Of a DNA stretch of 64,000 bases, positions 1-38,178 are shown piece by piece (position 1 is the stretch's first letter; each line of letters opens with the position of its first letter). A program made the position numbers and the translations under genes. This DNA is from Phoronis australis (lineage: Eukaryota; Animalia; Phoronida), in NCBI GenBank assembly GCA_002633005.1, contig NMRA01000604.1, positions 163,955 through 227,954 on the forward strand, written 5' to 3'. The notes under the pieces were generated by a model, which saw only the letters and a program-made list of their open reading frames with translations, made no database searches and was not told the DNA's origin.

Positions 1-923
1 AACACTCCATTTAAACACATTGTGACCAATATTGCTGCACTAAGCCACAGATGATTCAGGAATGTGCACTTCTAACTCCATCTATTGGTTGCACAGAGAA
101 TCATGGTATCCTCTTGCATGCTCTTGTTCGTACTTTCTGTGCATATTTGTGTAGTGACCTTCTAAGACCAATTTATCGAGTTCACACGGAACGTTTCCAG
201 ATCTGTTTTGGAAGCAATAAATGGCCTAATTAAAATTTGATGTGAAATCGAAAATTGTAGAAAATGGCTGTTTTGGGGATTTTATGTGTGTGATACAATT
301 TGTATGTAATGAAGATTTTTAGTACTGAATTTAAACAATTTATTTTGCTATGTTGTGTTACTATTCGTTTCTGAGAGATGTGATACCAATGTACTTAACT
401 GTTACATTGTGTAGTTTTGTAATTATGATTCATGTCTTATCGTGTAGATCATATTTTTGTATTGGATCATTGGAAGTTAAAGTGATTGAAATCAATTGTC
501 TTTTAAAATTATGAAAATTTTGAGGCATCCAGTTGAGGTAACAAAATACAGAAATATTGAGTCAAATACTGGAATTTGCTTACGTGAGTTAACCCCATTG
601 CGTCCGTCTCTCATGGACTTTAGCTTGGTTTGTGGTGTTATTATCATTTTTGCCAATAGGTGGCGTTTTAATTGGATGACATGGGGATGCCGGGTCATCT
701 GGTTAAAATTGCCACCTATTGGCCAGAACGATAACACCACTAGCCAAGTTGAAGTCCGCGACAGGCGGATGCAACGTCGCTTACTCAAGCAAGCAAATTC
801 AGGTATTTGACTAATTTTTTCTGTACAGTTCAAGCCAAAGGTATTATACCTTTGGCTTGTGACAAAATTCTCCGTCATGACGACTGAGTGTAAGCTGAAT
901 TCATCATCAGGAAAGTCTTTCCT

Positions 924-1120
924 ATTGACCAATAATGAAGGGGATTATGACGGAAAGGGTATGTTGTCTGAATACTTAGTCATGTAGGCCTACTGTATTG
1001 ACCAAGGGGATTATGACGGAAGACGGTACGTTGTCTGAATACTTTGTCTTGTTGGCCTGCGGTATTGACCAAGGAGATTATGGAGGAAGAGGATATGTTG
1101 TCTGAATGCTTTTTCTTGTA
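924..1120. repeat. Minisatellite, ~67-bp unit, 3 diverged copies
   Basis: Recurring attgaccaa...gattatga...gttgtctgaat. Confidence 0.8.
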
Positions 1121-3396
1121 CTGTATTTCTGAATGTTTAATGTTCTGTAAAGAATTTGAAGTACGGATGAATAGTTTCATCGCAAAACTAGATATCTACC
1201 AAATTTGAATGTGATGGGTCACGGGTGTGTAATGCATTTTAACAAGAAATACTTAGTTTTGGAAGATACGTGACTGTGCGATATATTGGGTTTTACTGAA
1301 AAATGATTAAAAGTACCAAGTGGCCCTCCTGATGGACTATAGAGTGGTATGTGGTTCTAAAATTTCAAATTTGGTAGAGATCTTGTTTTACAAAGGATCT
1401 CCTTTTGCTATTTACCACGTAGCTGAAAGAAAAAAAATATTAGTAAAGTGAGCTTTGGAGTTTCTCTGATTTTTAACTCGTTAAGAGGTTATAAGTCCTG
1501 TTGTGATGGAAATCCCCTGTTTGGAATAGTCTGTAAAATAACACTAAAATTCAATCAGAAATTGAATTTTCTGGATTCTGAAGGTTGGGACATGGGTGAT
1601 TTTGGCATTCATCAAATTTGTAAATATCACACACTGCATTTGGTATCCCATACAACGTGAGAAATAGTGTTGGTTGTTCAACATTAATTATTAAATGCAA
1701 TAAAACATTAAGAATGCACATGCACAAATATAAGGGAGGTCTGTCTCTGCACACAGGTGGAGCTCGAGGAAAATTTTACCTTTAAAAAAATCATTTCGGA
1801 TTTGGGCATGTGGGTTCAAATTTGTGTATATGGTTGTGGGCCTAGAGTTCTTCAGGTTTCACATTATAATTCGGTTGACCATCTGCCCACTTCTCCTGTT
1901 TTTGCTTGTGGAAAACTGCGGATGCATAAGTACAGGCAAATACTGTGGTGAATTTGGGGGAAAGGGGGCGATGCCCCCCTAAAATTCTCCCAGATTCCAT
2001 TTGGCAGTTCAGGGGTGCGAACGTATGACGGGCAAAATCCTGGCTAATGCTCTGCCCTGCCCCCCCCCTCCCCNAAGAAAAAACAAGATATGTAACCACA
2101 ATTTATTTTCTTTTCAAACAATTATTTGGCAATTATACGGAAACGTATATGTGAAGATGATAGATTCTAAAACGTTAACAATAAACCTACAACACAGGCT
2201 GCTTGACAAAAGCACTGTCAGTTTAACACATAACAACAGTGGAAATTGCTTATAAAGTTGTAAAACAATCTGGAATCTAAAGTATACACGTATAACAATT
2301 ACTTGTCTTTAACATGAACAGAACAGATGAGAAAAGCTATAACCTGCATGACAATTTGTTGACTAGAGACGCCTGGGTTTCATCCAAGAGAGTGTGAATT
2401 TATAGGAAATAGATCGGTAATCTGTACCCAGACATTATTGTGTGATTTTATGAAAGATAATACCTGATGCATCTATTGAACGTGTGGGGGTCCTGCACTT
2501 TGAGAACTAATTTTCTCTAAATAACGTGCGTCAAACTGGTTCACAAAATCCGGAACGTTGTACGTGACTATTGCCGAATGTGCTCCCAAACTGTTTCATT
2601 AATTTGATCGAATCTTACTCTTGGTCACATACACAGACAAGGTCAAGGTTGAAAACTTCAAATTCAGAAAAGCTAAGGAAATAGCCGCAGAAATCGGTGA
2701 AATCCACTTGACCCCTAAAGTACTCTTGTATCGCCTCTACATTGATATTCACAAATTCATTAGCAGTTCTTCAAGATGGCCGTACATGTGACCTCAACAG
2801 CAGTAAGAATATGACTACAGGAGGATTTTGGCACTATGCCATCAAGAAATGATTCGATTTCTCCACTTATCTAGGGTTCGGATAGCTTACAACATCATGG
2901 TGAGCAAAGGATACCAGTTCACACCGATTGAAACGGAAATGGTTCAAAGCAAAAAGAATAATTCTTAAATTATCTTAATTGGTTAATTTTAATTAACACG
3001 TCTAACATCAACTCCAAAACCCTCTCCAACACGCAGTATTATCATTCCATGTTGCTATACCTTGACCGAGGCAAAGCATGGCAATGCAGCGAACTCCGTC
3101 AATATTTAAATTAAGTTGGGATATTGCAACAAGCAAGCACTGCCATCTGTTTTGCATGCTTGACACTGGACTAGTGCACTGCTGGCGCCAGGCGACACAG
3201 AGAGACGCCATCAAAATTTGAAGCTCGCTACTTAGTCTACAATCTTCGTTTACATGAGATGCAAGTTCCAACTGCTGCTGAGTCTTCCTGTCGGCAAAGA
3301 TTGATCAACAGAGGGCGCACTGTGTAGACCATATGAAACAATGCTGGTCCTAAGTGCTCCTTGGTCTTGGTTAAAGAACTATTCGATTTGGTCTAA

Positions 3397-3696
3397 GGCC
3401 CTCTCAACATGATTGCATTTTCATTTTGGAAAAGCAAATTTTCAAAAAGTTTTCCATCCACATATATTGTTTTCCCATCCACACAGATACGTTAATACAA
3501 CCATGACGTCACCTTTTTAAGAAAGTAGCCTTCTCGACTGTCCAGGTAAGGACAATAAAAACCGTGTTTTTAAAACACTCCACTTAAGAGAGCATTTTCA
3601 AAAAGTTACGTTTTAGTCATCGTTTTGCGTGGATGGAAGGAGTATTTGTAAAGAACAATTTGAGTTTACATTTGAAAACACCACGTAGGTTAAGCC
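3397..3696. mobile_element. Degenerate PIF/Harbinger-type MITE
   Basis: TAA|GGCCC...GCC ends; internal ttttcaaaaagtt / ccatccacac / gtggatggaa motifs of the GGCCCCGTCCACAC-type family (recognised from memory). Confidence 0.5.
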
Positions 3697-5369
3697 TCAT
3701 GACTTAAACAAATGATGGATTGCAGCAGTTGGTGTTGACCCTTGGTCTTATTTTTCCCAAATAAAGTTTTCTATGTCCATGAATTTATCATCATCGTGTG
3801 TATGAAATTAACACAGATTATCAGGAGCTCGTCACTTCCAAAAGTTTTTCACCTAAAAGGGGACACATGGATGCCGTATGAATTCTGAAATAAGTAACCA
3901 AGTCTAGAATTTTTGCAGACAAATTTACCTTGAAGTGCAAACAGAAAATGGATTTGCTATGAAATTTACCTATTTAGCTACTATGTTTACTCAGGACATT
4001 GCAACAGGGGCTCGGTCACAAACTGTCATGACGACCCAATGCAGCATGATGCCAGAATGGGTCATAGCAGGGGTCAGAGGCCCATTAAATTCGCCTGAAG
4101 AATGGGTGTATCTCTGGATCACAGTATAAATTCTTCATATCCTGCATGAAAAGACCAAAATTCTGACATATTTAATTAACACGTTCTCACTACTTGTAGC
4201 TAAAAGATGAAAATCAGTTTGAGGATGGAACTTATCTTGCATCATGGAGTAGAAATGTTTCAAACTTTGATTGCATGTTAAGGTGAAGTAGTTGCAAAAA
4301 AAGGTTGAATAATTTAGTCGAAATTCGTCTGGCCTTGTCGAAGCTAGGTCGAAAATACAGAAAGAAACCAAACAGAAAATAAAACCGAATCAGCTAAAAG
4401 TTAAGCGGAAATTTTTTTCTAAATTTTGCCACTTTTCAAAGAAAAGAAATTTCGTCAACTTCTTGAAAACTACAGGCATACATTTTTGATAGTGAGTACA
4501 ATGGAAATATCCTTTTAACACAACATGGCTTCACTAATGTTTGGTTTACAAATTGCAGTTTTGAAGTGTAAGTACAAAGGAAACATCATCTTAATGCTGC
4601 TTGACTTTCTCAACATTCTCAGCACACTAATTGCCGTTTCAACATATTGCCGAGGCCCAAGGTCTAATCTCCTAACTCAACTCAAACTCGAAACAAGAGA
4701 TCAGACCCTGGCCCAGAAGGAAACTGTCAACAACTAACATCTTATTTCTAAACCCAAGAACAAAATAGTATTTAGTAAAACAAATATGGCTGATAACTGC
4801 ACAATGTGTATCAGACAATCATCAACGCCTCGCGTAATGGCATTGGCTATATAAAGAAATCTGTCCAATGTTTCAGACTTTCTGAGATCATTCTGAATTA
4901 AATACTTAACTTTACACATTCACACACTTTCTCAATAAATTTTCAACTCCTCAAAATGCTACACATCACTCATTCACTTCCTGATGTTCACAACCTGAAT
5001 CTGTTTAATAACTAACTAATGCACATATTTAATGCAACTACCACATGGGCAAACTGAGCATAACGTGCTACTGCTCAGAACAACACTGCATCCACAATGA
5101 CTTTTTGAGTTAAGCGCACTGCTGCTCATCAGAGCCAATACTGAATTCTTGGTTCAGTTCAAACGAATGAACAAGATTTTGGGCTCTGACCAAGAAGCAA
5201 AATTGGATTGAAGTGAACAAACAAGCCAATACAAAAGCAGAAGGAACTTGTTGAACCAGTTCAAAAAAGGTCAAGTAGTTGTTGGTCCAACTCAAAAGAC
5301 TACTGCATTGTGAGAAATTGCACTGCAGTAAAAATGCTTGGTGCAGGTCATATCTTTCCCTTCCCAATA

Positions 5370-5645
5370 CATGCACGCACCCAGTCTAAAAATGGGGGGC
5401 TCGAATTTTGAGAATGTGGACCTTTTACAGAGATTCACCGGGTACGTACAGAGCTATGAATTGTGCATCCGACGAATTCTGATAGTTCCTGCCTTTTTAG
5501 TGGGCTTTTATCTTGTTTTCTACTTTTTTGGTATTTTTTCTCGGAGGTGGACCTTTTTGACCACTTTGCCAAATTGGGGGGGGGGGGGGNNNNNNGGGGG
5601 GGGCTCGTTCGAGTCCCCTGAGCTCCCCCCTTGGTGCGCGCAAGC
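5370..5645. mobile_element. Copy of the dispersed MITE family downstream of the CIC stop codon
   Basis: catgcacgcaccc...ggggggctcgaattttgagaatgtggacctt...ttggtgcgcgcaag, sharing its core with the 52860 and 60010 copies. Confidence 0.6.
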
Positions 5646-6050
5646 AATACCATGTAGCTTTAACACAGGGACACAAAAAAGCGTCGTGTTATTCTGATCT
5701 CAGATTCAATAAACGCTCATACATGCGCACTCAGATCATGCCACAGTGACACAGCAAAAATGTATATAGAAACTGATGTATATTATCTACAGTCCAGCTG
5801 CATTTCAGACGCTGTTAAAGAGAAGAAGACAATATACCATGTCAACATCATGCAATCATCCTGAATTCAGCAGCACAACTTATATATACAGTTTGTTTCT
5901 CAAACTTTTAATCTTCAAACACTCAATGCCTCATGTGGTAACAGAGCAAAATTCTTGTTAAAAATATGCTTTGCAACAAACACGAGAAATATCACTATAT
6001 AATATAAACCGACAGCAAATACAACCAAAAGCAGACGACAAGTTCAAAGG

Positions 6051-31937
<25,887 letters not shown>

Positions 31938-33321
31938 CACTTTCACCTTACATATCTAAAAATGAGAAATTAAAAAGTAAAGTCTTGGATAGCCAGTAAA
32001 AACTTCAAAACACATGTGAGGAGGGTCAGTTAAATACAACTGCCTAGAACATTATAGTGGAGTTCATTTTGAGAGGTTGGCTGCATGTATATATACTTGG
32101 GCCAAGTTGCCAAATAAATCTATCTCCGTGCATAGACGTGTGTAATGTCAGGGCAGCAAAAGCTTTCTCTGAAAGGTTTTATTAAGTCATCTACTGGCCT
32201 TCCAGTAAATGGGCAAAAGCCGCCTTGTATTTCCACATCACCACTACCAACCTGTAGGTGCAGGATTCGAGTCCAAAGTGTTAGCAAATTTATTTGACTG
32301 ACAGAAGTAATATATGTGCTAGTAGCGCAACAGTATCACGCCAAAAGTGCAGTTATGACATCCACGTAATAAACACCTCGCAGTGAACAACACCGTCTCG
32401 AGAAACTTGAACATGATTCATGAACACGGTAAGGATCGGTGAACAACATAGCCTACCGTATACGATTCTGTGAACCGGACGTTCTGACAACTTACGTCAC
32501 AGCATTTTTCAAATGCGAACAGTCAAATAATGATCTCCTGTAGCTCAACTGAAGCACCGGTCCAAAGAAAGTTGGTAAACAACGTATAGTAATTCTCAGA
32601 ATTCGTTTGATGTGGACCTCACGTAGTGCCACGCTATAGTAAAATGTGAATACCCGGAATCATAATCTATTTTTAGATGTTTATCATGGCGATGAATTCT
32701 ACTGGCCAATCAGTCGGTAGGATTTTCTAATGCCCACCCACTGTAAAATTTTCACGTATGCAGTACTGCAAAATGAAAGCTTTGAATTTATTTTGAGTCA
32801 CAGGTACAATACCGACGGCTTCAAATCAACGAATAGTATTACTGCAACAAGTTTCCACATAGAATTTGGAAGCTCGCGCTTACTATTCACGTAGTTTACT
32901 CGATTATCGCTGATCATAGACGGAGATTGGAGTACGTACAACTGGGCACGTAAAATAGTCAAAGGAAGTTCACTTGCATCAGAAAACAGAACAAAGTAAG
33001 CGCAAAAATGAATACAATGAACCAATTCAATTAGTTGTGCATGTAAACGTTTCACCTGTGTGGACTAAGAGAAAATTTGCAAGTTTGCTAAGGAAAGTAG
33101 GTCAGCAAAAGTATCTGCGTAAAGATTTCGTGACCGGGAATCGTCGCCATTTACGATGATGATGTCCGAGTAAAATCAAATTATTGCACTATTCACGCAA
33201 AACTATGGCATAGATATTTACTACTTGTGTACTAGGAGCATCAAAGATTGGTGCCGTCTATAAATTTTTAAATATGTAAGGTCCTAAAAGATATCTAAGA
33301 GGAAAAAATTAAGATGCTTAC

Positions 33322-33470
33322 CTCACAAGAAAATAGCCTAGTCACTATAAATGGTGAATGAGAGAACGCATCACTAAACCGGGAACACAATTGGTCAACT
33401 GCGGATCACGTGCTCTTCATAGACTGAAATCGACCATTTGATTCGTCTAGGCACATTGACGTCAACTTCA
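33322..33470 (-). promoter_or_regulatory. Probable CIC non-coding first exon and promoter
   Basis: Strong donor GAG|gtaagc at 33322/33321. Upstream lie a CCAAT box (~33390), E-box CACGTG (33407-33412) and a perfect CRE TGACGTCA (33457-33464) in CpG-richer sequence. Confidence 0.5.
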
Positions 33471-35468
33471 TGTTTATTCCATAACTTGGTTTTACGTTTG
33501 GCACGATGAGGCGTGCTCTGACGCATATTTGTAATAGCCGTATGCAATATACTGGAATACTTTTTCGTCAAAATTAATGAAAATTGTCTCCACAGCTTTT
33601 ATTTGACATTATAATAATGCATGGAATGAATCGCACTCTCAAGTTTGTGCTGGTTTTGTTGCAAGCTTCAGTCGGTAAACAAAGGCAAGCCGGGGCACGG
33701 GAATTGCTTATGCATGTCAATCATATCTGCGTCTGACCAATCAAAAACGAGAGTGTCACTACCTGATACCATAAATGGAGTTATCATCAGATGTCCATCA
33801 CACTCGTAGCGTAGCAACCTCCTAGGGCATGATAGGTCACTTATAACTCGACAACTTGCCGGAGCCAAAGGTTGAGAGGTCAAGAGGCGGGGTCTCAACC
33901 AATGAACAACGATCAGCCATCGCCCCCGTTGCGGCTCACTCACGTCAACACGCATTCTTGGATGTCAACCACAGCGCTTTTGCCCTTGACAACCAGTGTC
34001 TGTTTACTGCCATCTTTTATATGCATGCATGGATTTCTGATAGCTGTTGCTGTTTTTGAAATCCTTCCTGTCCGTGTCACACAAAAACATACTCGCATTG
34101 CTACAGCCCGCTGCCCCGCTTTCGCGGGACACTGACCCGCTGCTCAGAGCAAAGATTATCAGTGGAAAATAACCGACATGGTTCGAGACTTCTCGATCCA
34201 TTACACTCGATGAATTTTATCCTCTCATTTAAGCACGTAGAACTCACATTTCCCGCTGCAATAATGGGCGTGATGCAGGTCAGCCAGAATTTCATCTACC
34301 GCGGCTTATAGCATATAGTTTCGTTATAATGAATTTGGCAGGTTTCAGCTGATCCCTGGCGTCTAGTGTACACAGCACTGATCGCTTGCCCCACGGACCA
34401 GGACCCGGCCCACTCGCCTTCAAGATATATCAACATTCTGGTCTTGAACAAAAGTGAAATTAAATGCGGATAACCATTTTAATTGTCGCATTCGTGGACG
34501 TTTGAACGACAGTTTTGACAAAAAGGCCTACTCAACGATAATTAAATCAGAACTTGAGAACTTGATTTGGATGTCTGGCCTTTTACAAATGGTCTGGAGT
34601 GGGTTCCTTGTCATCAAATGCATTGTTCAACAATAGGAACATGACGTGTGATAATACGACGTCATTGTTGATATCCAGCGTATAAATCTAGTGCAACCGG
34701 GGCTACGTACATATGAGATGATTACAGCATTGTTGCCTAGATTTTTTCACTTTCTGTTTTTTCTGATAAAATATCGAATGTGGTTTCAGAAATCATGCCA
34801 TGATAGAATCAGTCAAGTTACTTTGCCAGTAGAACAAAGTAATGACTATCGTTGAACAGAGGGCTTTTGTAAGCGTGTCGGACCCCAGTCACTCACTAGA
34901 GATACTGAATTTAACGAAAATCCCAATCTTTGGTCAAATCTTTTTGACAGACGCATTCGTCGTCTGTGTGTAACTTTTCTACCAATGGAAACAAATTAAG
35001 AAACCGGACATATGTTGATATTCAGCCTCTTGAATGGAGTGGGCAATGAAAATTGAACAGTTTTATTTCCATGATCATGGTGGACATTCAATGATTCATT
35101 CTGTTGCTGTGTGATAAATGCGATAAGACATTTTATCTTTCATGATCACGCGCCTGAACATGACGGCCAAGAAAAAATTCACAAATCTCAACGACATTTT
35201 CATTAGTGAGGTTGCTCTGATATGAGCTGCGCCAAGGATAAAAATATAGTACAGTTGACTTACTCAATGCCATGACGCATGTACTTCCATGATGAGATTA
35301 ATGTAACCCGCACATGTGTAATTTTGTACTTTTGCTGGACTAAAATCGCATGGCCTTTTTCTTACAATGCTGTTTCGTGAATATTCAATTCGTATTTGCT
35401 TAAGAGTGTTAACAGGAACTAGATTAATAAAGAGGCTCGAGGCACAATAACCTGCCTCCCGTTCATTA

Positions 35469-35578
35469 ACGCTAGGACCTCGCTAAAAAGCAAGACTTCG
35501 CGAGATTACGTGAGATATTACCGAGCATTTTAAATAAGAACACGTGACTTTTACTACGTTTTAGCTAGGTCCTAGCGT
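35469..35578. mobile_element. Small inverted-repeat element
   Basis: cgctaggacctcgctaaaa pairs with ttttagctaggtcctagcg. Confidence 0.55.
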
Positions 35579-38123
35579 AGGTCCTAGCGTCTACTGAACG
35601 CACGAACGCACGCCTGGTTCCCGGGTCTGTGCAGGAGACTAGCGACACAAGAGACTATAGCGCTTCTGATACGGTAATGGTAGTAAAATTGTCTGTTGCT
35701 CATGTTCTCGTTTTTCGTTTTTAAGCGGAACACTACTTGGAAAATCCTAGCGAGGAAAAATGGCAGCACAACCGAACAATTCCAAAAAATGTACTTAAAA
35801 TGTAGGGTAATTATACCATAAAGGAATTATGAACCCAAATGAAACCAGACCACTTTTCAATTTCGAACACTCATTAGAAAGAACATTTTGAGCAACTTTT
35901 CACGTTCTTTCTTTACACAACTAAATCGACGATTATTAGGGTTGCCACACCTAGTACCCGAGTGGGTAAATGAGAGAATTAAATTTCCGGGTGGCCGGCG
36001 GTATTGCGTTTTTCTGGAGTATGAATGTGCGACGGTGACCCCAAAGCAGGACACGAACAACTCTAACCAAGTTTTTATGCACACGACACTGACGCCAATC
36101 TCTGACTCAAGCTCCAGCGCCAGGTACATAGCTCTATGGTTAAAGAATGGCCTAAAGGGACATATTTCAACATTGAATAAATATCCCGGGTCATTTTTAC
36201 ATGAGTCTAAATTTAACTGTGACACTTAGAAATTTTTACTCAGGCTAAAAGTAAAAGAAGAGCAGACATGGTTTAGGTAGGTATGGTGGCAAGTATTAAG
36301 GGTACTTTTGAGGGCGACAAAAATAGTTTGCGACGAGAGTTGGTTAGGTTGGGCAGGGGGTGAACGTGATCATCGAAAACTGGGGGTGACCGCCGGAAAA
36401 TTTGAGGTCTGCAAGATACTAGGTGGCGTAACGCAGACGCACGTGATCCCGTGCATGGGGAAGTCGCTCGAACAATTGCGTGATTTGCGTTTTCGCTAGT
36501 TTCTAGCGCCAAGAACGCAGCGCAGTCCTGGAGTAGTCTGCACCTCTCCCAATTGGTGCGCCGTGACTGGACAAACCTAACCCATGACATCAGGAACTAT
36601 ACCACGCATTTGATCCGGTACTGTCTCTATCTTTCACTCGTCATCCTGAACGCCACAGCCTCCCCCCTCTCCTAATGGACTCCTCGGCGACCACACGGTT
36701 GCTAATCAACAGATTTGCTCTAACACGCCCCCACACCACCCCATGCGTACGTCTCCGAGTCCAGAACTTGCTTGAAAAACCGCCTCCTCATTCTCTTAGA
36801 TCGAGGTAATTAACTAGGATCGCATAAACTATTTTCACGTGAACACTGAAGCTATCATTTAAAAGACTTTGTGGCTGGCAATTTAACTCATCCGTTCTAA
36901 AACGCTAGAAGGAGCCCGCCCCCATTTGGAAAAGAGGGCAAAAAGGTCCACCTCAGAGAAACAAAAACTCCAAAAAAATTCTCAAAAATTCGAGCCCCCC
37001 ATGTTTTTAGGAGGTTGCGCTCATGTATTTTCTAGCACTCAGACTTCGTGAAAAACTATTGGCAGTGTCGTTTCTCAACGTTGAAAAATGATCTCGGGAA
37101 TTTTTTTTTCGCAACTGGCCTCTAGTCAAACAACTTTCGGCTACCTGTTTGCATATCATTGTAGATCAATACATAAAGATAATTACATTGCTGCATGATT
37201 TTAGCAGCTTTGAATAACTTGTAAATTTTAGGCCATTTTCCTATCACTAAAGAGCCTAGTTACACATACCTTGAATTTGTTCCTTGGTACATACGGTTGT
37301 AGAAAAAACGAATTTCTGCAAATGTACGCTCATAGGCATTATTGGAAGTTAAATCGGGATCATGTAGCATCCAACAACTATGATAGTGGGAGGGTGTGCA
37401 GCGCCTACACCGCTTTTCAAGACTCCTGTAGGGATTTCTGTGAACAATGTCAGCTGGTGTCATATTTGAATAATTATAAGGTCGATGATTATCCATGGGA
37501 GACCTGCGTCACATGCTCGCTGTGTTTTAATTTTTGTAACACGCCGCCGTTGGGGCTGCATGGAATGGCTTTAGTCAAAGTCGGCAGGCTGTGTTTATTG
37601 GAGACCGTATGGAGCATTCCGGCGCTTGTGTGGAATATTAGAGCCCTCCGGATCAGGGGATTAACACAGCCGCACCAATGTGTCAATATCGTGGCATATA
37701 TCAAAAAAGGGAAATGTTCTGATGCTGTCACGGTCGCGTGGCGCACATGAGCTGATCGAATGAACTGACTCAGTCCTCATGCAGTCAATCGTGAATTGGT
37801 CGGGGAACAAGATCCTTGCACTTCTGGATACTCATAATACTCTGGTTTAGATGAAGTAAAAAATATGGGTTGTTTTGGATATTAATTTACTAAGCGAGTC
37901 TCGTGCCACTTATTGCCTGGGGGTGCGGACTCAGTGGACAGGGCTTGATTGAATGCTTGACCGATGCTGTTTGTGCATCACTCAATAGATGTCGTCATGC
38001 ACATACTCCCATCATGCAGCATTAACAACTTCCGTGTACGTGCGGGAAATTAGGGCACACGTTTTCCAACAAAAAGTTTTTAAATGGAAATTTTGAGCCA
38101 GCTTTGTTTATGAAAGGGAATCC

Positions 38124-38178
38124 ATGGATCACAGGGCACGAAAGCGTGTCAGGGAGGCAAAGAGGAGAGCGAGACCTG
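38124..38178 (+). CDS. JMJD6: JMJD6 coding exon 1
   Basis: ATG at 38124; [18 protein letters not shown], then G|gtatta. Confidence 0.9.

Noticed and set aside
492-932. 146-aa and 104-aa overlapping ORFs
   Set aside because: No recognisable motif or supporting splice structure; probably chance ORFs in repeat-derived DNA.
924-1120. Spaced repeats, superficially CRISPR-like
   Set aside because: The whole unit repeats with divergence; it is an ordinary minisatellite.
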